A program made the translations under genes and the position numbers. A stretch of 64,000 bases of DNA, taken from NCBI GenBank assembly GCA_051362555.1, contig CM120641.1, positions 1,736,001-1,800,000 of the forward strand. The letters run 5' to 3'. This DNA is from Lingula anatina. Lineage: Eukaryota; Animalia; Brachiopoda. Within the stretch, counting starts at the first letter, position 1. Each line of letters starts with the position of its first letter. The notes under the pieces are model-generated. The model was not told the DNA's origin, made no database searches, and saw only the letters and a program-made list of their open reading frames with translations. Shown one piece after another: positions 25,399-37,300 of this stretch.

Positions 25399-28300
25399 GT
25401 TTGATTCCAAGCACACGCCTTACAACAACTGATAAACGAAATTACTTCTTTATTTCAGAAAGTGAAAGCATTTGTGAGAACTTCTGTGGCGGTCAGTGTG
25501 AGGCTGACTGTTCAAGACAAGCTGGCACCGAGCTCAATGGTACAAGATTATGCATGGACAAGAAAAAGACCCAATGTTGTGGTGAGTTACGTCCTGCTGC
25601 AAGTTATAAGGTTTTAAAAGCATTGCCGCTCCAATGTCACATATATATTAGTTTTTTAGCGATCCAATGTAGGCTTTGTCATGAAGAGTGCCGTGCTTTC
25701 CAAATTTCACCTCATAGATTCACATTCCATTAATATACAATTAGTTATGAAAGCAATTCTGGATGATACTGATTATATGGCAGGTATGATGGCAATAAAT
25801 ATCGATACATTTTCAATCAATTGAAACTACATGTAGGAGAAGTTATAGATTTTCATATTAACAGTAAAAGTTGATGAAAGTGTTGACCCTTCACTGATTG
25901 TTCGCGATGATCCTTTGCCAATACGTGCCTGGACATATACATGCCTCTTCTTTACCGAACAACTTCCCTTGTGTATTAATCTTTCATAACACAAATTATT
26001 CACATAAATTAATTCTGAGAAAGTGCACAAATAAAGAAAATAAAATACAATTCAGCATGACGTCTCAGGTAAATAGAGTACATGTACGCAACATTTAATG
26101 GGGCTCATAATCAAATTCTTTTGTACGGTTTCTCTCAAATTACTTGTAACGTTTTTCCCGTTATCATGAACATAGTTTGAAACCTTCACTGTACAAAAAT
26201 AAACGAGAAAATCACAATATTTATATAAATATGTCAGAAATTGGTGAAAACCAGAAAATAAAGGTTGTTACGCTCCGTATCCAAACTTCCTGTCGAACCA
26301 GAAGTGCACCAACGGTATACATGTAATTGTGACGGAATTGTTGACATGATGTAGATGGTACAAGGAAGTTGCCAAAAGTATTATTTATACGTAACGTATT
26401 AAAAGAATAACACAAATTCATAGTCTTACATGATTTATCACACCCGCGGTGATGCAAGCCATTTTATGTCATAGTGTATCCTCTGTTTTAAGGTAACATC
26501 AGATATAAGCCGGACATCTTCTTTATTCAGTCAATTTTTGCCTCTTTTATCTTTGTATCACTTGCAATGTGTGGGGGAATTGTAAGTTTTTCAACCAGTA
26601 ACAATCAGACAGATTATTATTGGTGTCCGAAATTTTGTATATTTTATATGCACGTTTTGGCAAGGGGGCATATTTTCATTGCAGTTTTTATCCCATATAA
26701 CATTTGACATATTTCACACATTGTTTTTAACAGTAAGACAAAATGAGAAACCACAGTGCAATAATGGCGAAACGAAAGGTAAGTTGTAATGTTGTTCACT
26801 ATGGTCTGGTCATTTATTCAAATTGGTGTATGCTACATTTGAACCAAATGGGTGCATCATGATTAAAAAGGCGCTGTAATGAACGTGTCAAAGCTTACAT
26901 CAACGTGACTATAATTACGAAAATATTAGTCACTTGTTAGAGTATATACATGAAGTTGCTTTAATGCTAAAGGCTTTCTGGAATATCTTCAATCAACTGT
27001 GTCTTTACTGCATGTCTACTATATATTTGCTTCTTAGTGCATGCATATTTGCTCTAGTTAATCGCACGTTTTTAAGTTAGTTATTATTGGCGCACTCGTA
27101 ATATTGTCTAAACTTAAGATTTTATGAAAATGTACGTTAAAGCCAATACTAGAATCCGTCAGATCAGATAACGTTACATCAACTACCCTTAGATACCGTA
27201 GACATAGTCACCTCTGATGTACCAGTAGACGCCAGCGTACCAATTCACTTATCTGGTTCTACATGTAGTTCTAAGCACATCTTCCCATCTTGTACGAGTA
27301 GACGTATGGTAGAATACCGAAATATACCTTGTACACACGCTTTGCTTTGCTAGTTTTTATACACACCTTTCAGTGCTAGTATGCCTTTTGCCGAAAACAT
27401 AGGCCTACACTCAAGCAACAGATATAGGGGAAGGTAGGCTACAAATTCATAAACGAGACACAACCGGAAGTTGTCTTTTTGGCGGTAAACCGCAGGATCC
27501 TGAAGGGGCACGGTATGGCCCTTTCATCCATATTGAGAATGTTCATCTGTGGATCCAGCGATACGGAACCGAATATCATGGAGATAGAGACTGTGGACGA
27601 TCAAATCAGAAACTAAGAAAACGGCTTAACAGATATTCTCAAATGAAAGATTTTTCAGTTGTATCCAGTTGATATAGGTACAATTCCTAAAATTTCCAGG
27701 AAAATAAATTTCTTCTGTATAAAGTAGCAACGGGAATTGTGTGCCTCTAAGCGTCACATATGACATGTAGTATTCCCAGTCACTGTAGTCACCAGTGTAG
27801 CGACCAAGTGTAGTTGCTAGAGTAGCTGAATGTAGATAAACCTGGTACCCTTTATAACCACCCTGTGAACTAGCAGGTAACATTGGTGAAGGCCACGCGT
27901 GATGTAAAATTTGCTCCCACTGCAGGTTTTAATAAATCATCTGTCTATAAACGAGACACAAGAAAACGATGCGGAGTATACGGCGGGCAACCCGTGGAAC
28001 TTGAAGGAGGATGGCATAGCCGAGTTATTCGTATCAGAAATGCTGACCGTTGGATACCGCAGTATCAAACCACCTATTATTGTCGACGGGGATATGTTCA
28101 AAATGGCACCAATGCAGTAGCTCAGTGCAGGGTGGACACTGGCTATTACTGGACCACTCCCGAAATAACGTGCACACGTAAGTCTATGGCGAAATTTGCA
28201 CGGCAAGCATATTGCAGCTATTATCCGAGCTTATAGCTGCCAGTTTGTTCAAAGCCCACTTACAAGTTTTTGTAATTTATCAAACAATTAACATATAAAA

Positions 28301-31300
28301 CCAGCATGTGAAATGAAACCCCAAACAGATTTCTGGAGATGTTATTCCTGACATATAAGAGACGACATTTTCATCTCTTACCCCAGAAGAGTTCAAAACG
28401 TGCATTTCACGTACTTTTTCCTACAAATTTTCATCCCCTGTAGTCCTGTCATTATTGCCGGTTGTTCTTAGCATTGAGAGATGCGAGTGTGGTAACCCAT
28501 ACATGTATATTGCAACGGCCATAGTTTTTGTTCAAGAACCTCTCGCTGCTTCCGATATTCTTGGTATGAATAAAACGTAATTCCACATCGAACGCGTCAG
28601 TTAATTCCAACTGGGTAATGCATTGACCAAAGTCCAGCTAACCCTCATACAGATATTATAAAACCCAGTAAAACATTGCAGGTGTGTGATAACATGCTGC
28701 CACACAGAGCGATGTATGCCAGAACTCCTCGAGCGTCAACGAAAGTGTTTAAGATGACAGTGTATTATTTGTCACACAAACCAAGAGAAAATACTCGCAT
28801 TTCACACCAGAGTCGGACAGTGACGTAATAGGCTGTGTTGTTATGCATCAAGCTACTGAAGCAGTAATGAGGGTCGTTTCCCAATTCCAACCATTGAACC
28901 ATGGAATATTCCAACCATATTCCAACCGTTTCTCTTTTCCAACCATTGTGCTTCAAGAGATATCAGACAGTTCAGTCTTCTGTAAAGTCGATGTGATATG
29001 GGCTAACCTTCAGGTAGCATTAGACCCCGTGGTCATTTTATATAAATTGACCTCATTTCGTCTTCTACTGGCAGTTCCATTGATGCACGGTTTCTAGGTT
29101 TACTGTTTCTTGTGTCCATCTGCGAACGTCCGGAAATTTCAACGCGAGTAATAATATCATTGGGTCTTTAGGCTTTGCTAGATTTCCAAATATTATTAAA
29201 GAAATTCTGATAGTGAAACCTTTTTTATGTACCACTTATCTTCATAATCTGCTCTGTGACTGGCAAAGATTTACAGAGAGTCACGAAATGCTATATACAA
29301 ACACATACAGCGTGAGTAGCATCTGTAGTGTAGATATTGCAATAGCTAAATTTAGGCAACCCCTCCTCTCCTGGTCCAATTGCCGTTTTGTTGTAATAAA
29401 ATGTTTAACAAATAGCTGATCCAACTGCAGGTATGTTCAAACCATCCGTCCATAAACGGGAAACAGATAAATGCATTTGGGGTGGAAAACCTCAAGATGT
29501 TGAAGGGGCGTGGTATGGCCATGTCGAACGCATCCAGAATGCTAATTTCTGGATCCCGATGGAGCAGTATCAGGTCACTTACCACTGCAAGGCTGGTTTG
29601 GCCCAAATTGGCACAAATCCCGTGTCTCAGTGCACATTTGCCACCAAATATTACTGGAGCAAACCAGATATTAAATGTATACGTAAGTTTGTTGTAGATG
29701 TTGTCTAAATGATAAAAATAGACAGCTATGATTCAAAAGTCTCATAAGATTAAGGATGGACTAGAAAAAAAAAAATAAAAGCTCTAACTTATTTTCCATG
29801 AATACAGTTTCTGTTATACATGTTTATCTACTCCATCTTTTTGTCTGGATTTTTTCTTTTTACACTTACTTATAGTTGTAACTAGTTTTTTTCTGTACTC
29901 ACGCCTTTAGTTTTTATTTTAATATATTTTTGAAATTTCTCTTGATAAATTTAAAAACGGCTTTGCGTGATAAATTTTAAAACCTGCCTGCCAGCTATTT
30001 TCTCGCTTTACACCTCAAGTAAATACTCACAGGTCAGAGCAGTAATACAAGACTGAGTAGTATAGTAGAACGCATATTTGACCAAAACGAATTTGAATTT
30101 GAACAGGCACATATGAACCCGAAAATCGTTTGAGACAGATGCAATATGCATGGTATTAATGGAATTAGACTACAGATGCTGGTTCGTCTATCAATAATGT
30201 ACATCATTAGTATGCGTTTTCACACTGTCACTATCACTGTCACTGTCACAAGTTGGCCTTCATATGCAACTCTGAGGAAGATACAAGGCAGAAAGTCTCT
30301 AGTGTCTTTTTTACCCCTTCCCTCCCACAAAGAACCCCCTCATAAGTGAAATTCTGGACGTTTCATTGGTCTTATATTGCGAGAATCTCATAGATGTTCA
30401 ATCCCCACCCACCCCTGCAGAACACGAACTGTATGGAGAGCCATCCATTTTGCCGTTTGAATGACTGGGTTTTTTGTCTTGGCTTTATGATATATACCTA
30501 AATTCTTTTATGGTTTATTTAAATCGACGAAAAAAAGGAGGCTACGTTTATTATAGGGCCTACTATCTTGTTTTTTATTATTTATTCAAAATCCGCGAAG
30601 AAGGCCTAGGGGCCGAGGGCTTGGATTACATATTACATCTTTATAGTAGATATTCATAGATTCATCAGTATTAGGGGCCTATAACTTACACCATTAGCAC
30701 GTCGCTTGCTGTTTCCGTTTAATTGGCATTTCTGTGAGTGTAGTGGTGCTGAACGGTGCCTCGCTTATTGAATTCCATTAGGATTGTCGTGCATTTTTAT
30801 AAAATAATACATAAGTTTTATCCCAAAATTTAGTTACCAGTCTATCATGTAAGATCCTTCGTTTTTGTATCAACTTGTGCATGGTTTTCTTTAGATTATT
30901 TCTATTTATCAGCAGTATCTTATTTTCCTTAAAATCTATACATGGCAATGATAATTCACCGTATCTGCATAACAGCTAAAAAATATTTTAAAATGGAATC
31001 GGTTTTCTCTTATTTCAGGAAAATGTCCAAAACCTCCTACTATAGCCAATGCAGTGGCGTCTGGGCCAGCGCTCACAGCGTCTAACATCGTTGAAGGGGA
31101 AAAAGTGCGGTACTCGTGTAAAGCTGGCTTTGCACAGACATCTGGGTCGCAAGTCAGGACGTGTTCAAACGGCGCTTGGAGCGGGAAAAACATCGTGTGT
31201 AAACGTAAGTATTTAAATGTATAACAAGCATGTCACATGTAGAGAGAACATATGCACTGAGCCATCTTGATTAGACCTCCCTGACGAAAAAGTCCTATAG

Positions 31301-34300
31301 GGTCTTAAAGGAAATTGGGCCAGTTTCCTATATATCCTATAGGATATTATAGGATCCTATAGGACTTTTCCGTACGGACTGATTTGATTTACCTTACTCT
31401 TCTTGCTTTTTTTGTATTATATGAATAATAAAAATGCTACGTATGGCATACAATGTCAATTATAAAATATGCCGAAATACTTACAAAGAGAGATCTGCTT
31501 TCTATGTTCAAGATACATGTCCAAAGCCACCTACCTATGCTACCTCAGTGGCTACTGGGGCACCTGTCACCGCGTCTCAGATAGTTGAAGGGGACAGGGT
31601 GACCTATGTGTGTAAACCTGGCTATTATGGGGCAGTGGATGATCACGTTCACATGACCTGCTTACGAGGCTCTTGGAGGGGCCGCGTTTTAGATTGTCAG
31701 CGTAAGTCATTTCTATTTAAAATTAAATTGTGTGTGTTTCAAATAATTTTCCAATCATGTTTGCGGAGAAAACTACTTGAAATAGTTACGATTTTTGACC
31801 TGTTTGGGGATTCTTACAGTATTTGTCATTTTTACCCTCTTCTTATCCTTCCTTCCATCCTACCCTCCCTCCTCTCTCTCTCCCTCTCTCTCTCTCTCAA
31901 ACACATTCCAAATGTATGCATTGCAATAAAAAGATACTCCTTTTAAAATTTTAGTCAGAAACACATTTTCAAAACCGGTGCCACTTTCTCGTATCAAAAA
32001 TCTCATAGTGGCAAATGTTTACTGTTACATTGCACTTCAAACAGGGAATTTCAGTGAATTAGGCAATGAACTACTTAACCATTCAGTTATATTTTTTCAT
32101 CTTCCTACCTGTTTATATGATTTTCCACAAGCACCAACAGTTTTTTGCGCAGTTTGATAGCAGTCTTCTTTCTTCAGCAAGGAAATGTAGAGCACCACCA
32201 ACTGAAACCACATTCTATTTCTCCCCAATAAAGACTGTCTACAACAGCGGCGAAAGAATCGTACAAAGTTGCCGAAGTGGATATGCAAGAACTGGCGGGG
32301 AAGCCGTGAGAACTTGTGAACTAGGAACGTGGAAACCTGAGAATGAAAGCATATCGTGCGAAAGTATGTTTTCCTGTTAATTTAAAATGTACTGACTCGA
32401 AATTCTATACAGAGTATACCTCTAAACACTTTGCCTCTTCCAAAAAACCTTAGGGTTCGTCAAATGGATTGCCTTTTAAAGGTTCATACATCATAACTTC
32501 TCCAAAGACAGGTAAAGAAAATTGTAGTAATAGAAATCTATCCAAAGGTTAAAGCTAATGACTTATATAATAAATATAAAGTCTTCATGTACTTGACAGG
32601 GGCGTGCCCGACCCCAGCAAAGCTATCTGGAACTGCGTTAGTCCAGACTACTAGGGGGAAACCTACAGAGTACACAGAAGGAATGTCCGTCAAGTACCAC
32701 TGCCTGGTCGGCTATGGTAAAGTTGGTGGGGATGACACAAGGACATGTACTGCAGGACGGTGGAGTGGTGATGACATTCTTTGTAAACGTAAGCTAATAT
32801 TTATTTATGAATTTTACAATTTACCTTTGTGAAATACACATTAAAAGTCAAAATTTGCCACAAAACCCAATAAAAGCCACCATATAGTTAATCCAAGCTG
32901 GCTTTATTTGTAATTCGAATAAAAAGGTGTTTAATCTTGGTAGACATGTAGGGAAATGTTAAGTTACTTTAACCGTTCAGTTTGTAATGTTTTTTTAATA
33001 TAGATATGTTCATTTCTTCACAGTCTAAGGAATATCTTGGGAATAGAAGTTTATCTAATAAGATGAAGCTGTTAGCTTAGAGAACAACCATCATGGCTTT
33101 ATGTTCTTGTACTTGACAGGGACGTGTCCGACCCCAGCAGACCTACCTGGAGCCGCGTTAGTCCCGAGTTCTGATGGCAAACCTACAGTTTACACAGAAG
33201 GAATGTCCGTCAACTACCACTGCCTGGTCGGCTATGGTAAGGTTGGTGGAGATACCACAAGGACATGTATTGCAGGACAGTGGAGTGGTGATGATATTCT
33301 GTGTAAACGTAAGCTGATATTTCCTTGCGGATTTTATACGCATTGTCAGCTTAAAATTGTCTGGTACTAGTATTTTAACTACAGTAACTAGGAGAATAGA
33401 TTAAAGTAACAAATTAGACAACGATCAATTTCACAGCTAGTATTTAATGGTAATTCTTTTGAAGAAAAAAAAGGAAAAGTAAAAAAATCTTAATGACATA
33501 TTTCTTCTCCAGGTACCTGCATTGCTCCGCCTGCTATCCCCAATACTTCCAGCTCACACGGACCATTTATGTACTTCTATATGGAGGGAGAAGCCATCGT
33601 CTACCTCTGTCAGCCCGGGTTTGCCCACATTGATGGAGACGCAATAAGAACATGTAGATCTGGAACGTGGACAGGGACAGACATTAAATGTGACAGTAAG
33701 TACCCCCACCCCGTATAAAAAGAAAATTAAAGAATAAAATGAATGAATAAAAAGTAAATACAAGTTGCTGTCATGGTTTACGTAAATTTCTTTCTACACA
33801 ACGTTTTATACCACAGCGTGATATGATAAATATTTTGCACACATATTGTTGTCCAGAAATCTGAAAACGCTTTTTTTCTGACAAACTGGACAATGTCTTT
33901 CAATTCACAACGCACACATTTAAAGGCAGACATTTATCCGACAATCAATATTTGTGGAAATTTCAACCATAGGCCTATTCTTTTAGACACCCTATCAGAA
34001 ATTGTTGAGCAAATAACAACCTCTTTTCGGTGTTGAAAGTGTCCAATTTCAGCTTCACGCTAATAACTCACCACTTTTATTCAGCATCATGAGAGAGTGG
34101 CTCTAAAGTGAAACTTGTAACTTAAAGCAATAATAACTACTCCTTTGAGATTCAAAATTCCGCAAGAAATACATTGTAAACAACGCCTGGAAATATATTC
34201 TATTTCATTTTCCCACCAAAACGACTGTTATTGTAGTAAAACTAAAATCTGTGCTTTTCACTTGGGCTTTCGATGCCTTTCTTCGCGGTCGACAATTGCA

Positions 34301-37300
34301 TCCGTTGCCAATGACGTTTAGGTGTCACGCGGATTGTCGCGTTCATTCGAGACCAAAATAACATTGGCGGGAAACCCTCAGACGTAAGTTGCGAGTTTTT
34401 GTACAGTGCGTCGGATAACGAAAAGCCCAGAATTGCACACATTGTAGATATAAATGCATTTTGAGCAAAAAGACGAATATATCTTATGAATCTTATAATA
34501 TCGTTATATAGTGTTGTTGCTGCTTTTCCCGCGGTTTTAAGTAGGTCAGCAGAAACTATCGCTCGATACGAGAGGGCTCCGTCAGTTAAAATCTCTTAAG
34601 AGATTTTAACAAAAAAAAACGTACGTTTAGGAAAAAAACCTGGATTAACTTTGAATGCAGGAATGGGGTCGTTGACCATTGGTAAGTACGGGAAAATTGC
34701 CGTTTTTTCCAGGAAAATCGTATTTTTGGCCAAAACGAAGAGTTATTATGACTTTAAGAATTATATTTATCGATTGCAATATTCTCAACGGTTTGGGATG
34801 GGGCATATGTTTGAAAGAAATTTGCTGTAATTTCTAGGAAACTCCAATATTTTGCTAAGTTTATAAAGCTCTTTACATGCTTCTATGTATTTCTTAAATA
34901 CTCCTCGATATATTTTAGAGATCTGTCAACCTCCGCCACGTTTGGAAAACGGTCGACTATTAGGGAACTTAACGGCTCTCTATACCAGGGGTGACAAGGC
35001 AAATTACACGTGCGCTCCAGGTTACACATCAAACGGTCCCATCAGTGTGCTGTGTGGTGAAGATGGAAAATGGACCAATCTGGATGCAAAAACTTGTAAA
35101 CGTTAGTAATAACTATAGAATGGAATTATTATAAAGGTTGCTGTATCGATTTAAGTACGCTCGATTACGTTGGAGGTAGTTCTGATATGTATGAAGGCAA
35201 ATTTTCGTAGATTGTTTGTACAGTGTTTCTTACTAAAATTCCGAGTTGTTGCTTTTATAAAATTTGAACAATTTGTACATGTACAGTGTATTATGTTATA
35301 GGTACTTGTGTGTTATCAGCTCCCATTGTATGTATACGTAATGTTCTAGGGTCTAGGAGGGGTCATCTATTCCAATCCCCATGGCTTCCCTACAATGATT
35401 TCAAACGCAAAACTATCTAGAAAATAGAGGCAATATAAAAACATATTAGGCCCTACTATCTCTTCATATTACATATACTGTATATAATTAACCGTTATTT
35501 AATTGATGAACATATTTTTGTCGCTTCTTTTGTTTAGGAACATGCCCGACACCACCAACATATCCTCACGCCACTTTGACCCTCCCGCATAGCAGCCAAA
35601 CCCACGTGGAGGGCGCCATCGCCGTCTACAGCTGTTCTCTGGGTTACATGAGCTCTGGGGCTGCTCCCGTGGTGGTCAAAACATGCACAAACGGAAAGTG
35701 GAGTGGCGGGACCTTGAACTGCAAGCGTAAGTTGACCACTCTCTACCTCAGGCCCCTGACGGAGCACAAAGTCCGAATTCACATATCCTCATTAAATAAC
35801 GTGTTTCTGCATACGCCGTTGGAACATGCATCTTGTCCCCACTGTTTTATCAGTTGCCCCCCCTCTTCATAATCATGCATGCACATACAACATTATACAT
35901 TAACGATACTACAAACTGGTAATAAATGAAGCTCTGTATAGTATCTTTTATCGCAAATAGAAAATTATATATACTGTTTCGCTTGATCTGAAAACAAATT
36001 CACCTTGGTAATGCCTATTCATATATTTATTCAGAAGACACATGCCCAACTCCCCCAAAGATACCCAATGCTGTAGCCGGCCAGACATCCACCAGTCACG
36101 GTAGTACAGTACAGTATACCTGCCTACCGGGACATACCAACCTCGGCAATGCCACTACCATGTCCTGTGTATACGGAGAGTGGAAGATGGCTGGGACGAT
36201 GACTTGCACTAGTAAGACGATATCCTACGTTTTTCAGTGTTTTACTGTCATTTTTATGAGTACTCTTGGAAAATCGTATGTTTATAATTTTTTTATAATA
36301 TTTTAAGAACATTTTTCTTTGTAAGTGCATATATTAGATGGCTTACTTTTGGACCATACACAGTGCAAGGGTATGCTAGCTTAACTTTAAGATAAGAGTA
36401 AGATAAGATAAGATAAGAGTTTATTCAGCCATTAATATATAAATATAAGATTCATATAAAACGGAAATTGGACTGCTATTCGGGTTACAAATTATAAATA
36501 AATAAATTATAAATTTCCATTTTTGTTGTTAAAATAAGACACAGCAGATGGGTAAAAACTCTTTAAAAACCTTTTAGATCCCTTAAAAGTTAAAAGCCTG
36601 CAGTTGCTCGGTAAAAATTTAAAAAGCCCATGTGCGGGGTGGGTATAGTCACACATGATTTTCTCTGTTTTTGTTACTGATCTATTAGTATAGATGGCAC
36701 CTAGAGAGGGGAGTTCCAGACCGATGATTTTGCCGCACGTTGATGTGACCATATCTAGACGCTTGCGTTCTTCTACAGTGGCCCGCCCATACCATACTAT
36801 GATTGCAAATGTTTATATACTTTCTATAACGCATTTGTAAAAGTTTGCTAAAATCATTTCATTTGAAGTAAAATCCTTCAACTTTCTTAAAAAATATACC
36901 CTTTGCCTCGCTTTTTTTAACTGTTTGTCTATGTGGTCCTTCCATGTAAGTGAGCTATTGAATTCTACCCCCAGCAGTCTAAAATTGGCTACTTGCTTTA
37001 CTGCAGTGCCACTGATATGAATGGGTTCTTTAACATTTCTATTCTTTCTGAAGTCAACAATCATTTCCTTAGTATTCCCTACATTCAGTAACAAATCGTT
37101 GTCTTTACACCATTGTACAACTGAGTTGACATCGTTTCTATACCAGGTCTCATCATTATCACTTATTAAGCCAATTAAAGTGGTGTCGTCTGCAAACTTC
37201 ACGATGCAATTACTCTCATGAGATGAAACACAATCCAAGAAGTTATAATTTTATAACTTCTTGCACAATCATACGTGAACAAGCTGTACAGACATGGTGA

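Larger units (their letters stand above)
11240..35768. repeat. Large inverted duplication: arms ~11240-22100 and ~22925-35768 around a ~0.8 kb unique spacer
   Basis: Exons and introns align as reverse complements, e.g. 21961-22100 vs 22925-23080, 16046-16400 vs 29360-29710, and 11640-12180 vs 34830-35340. Similarity is lost just after exon 15. Confidence 0.9.

Noticed and set aside
25210-25416. Poly-Tyr ORF (and the poly-Leu tail of 2727..3035)
   Set aside because: Translation of (AAT)n microsatellites.
34985-34996. RGD integrin motif in gene B CCP exon 14
   Set aside because: The paralogue has SGD, and the GD is the ordinary CCP turn consensus, so it is probably coincidental.
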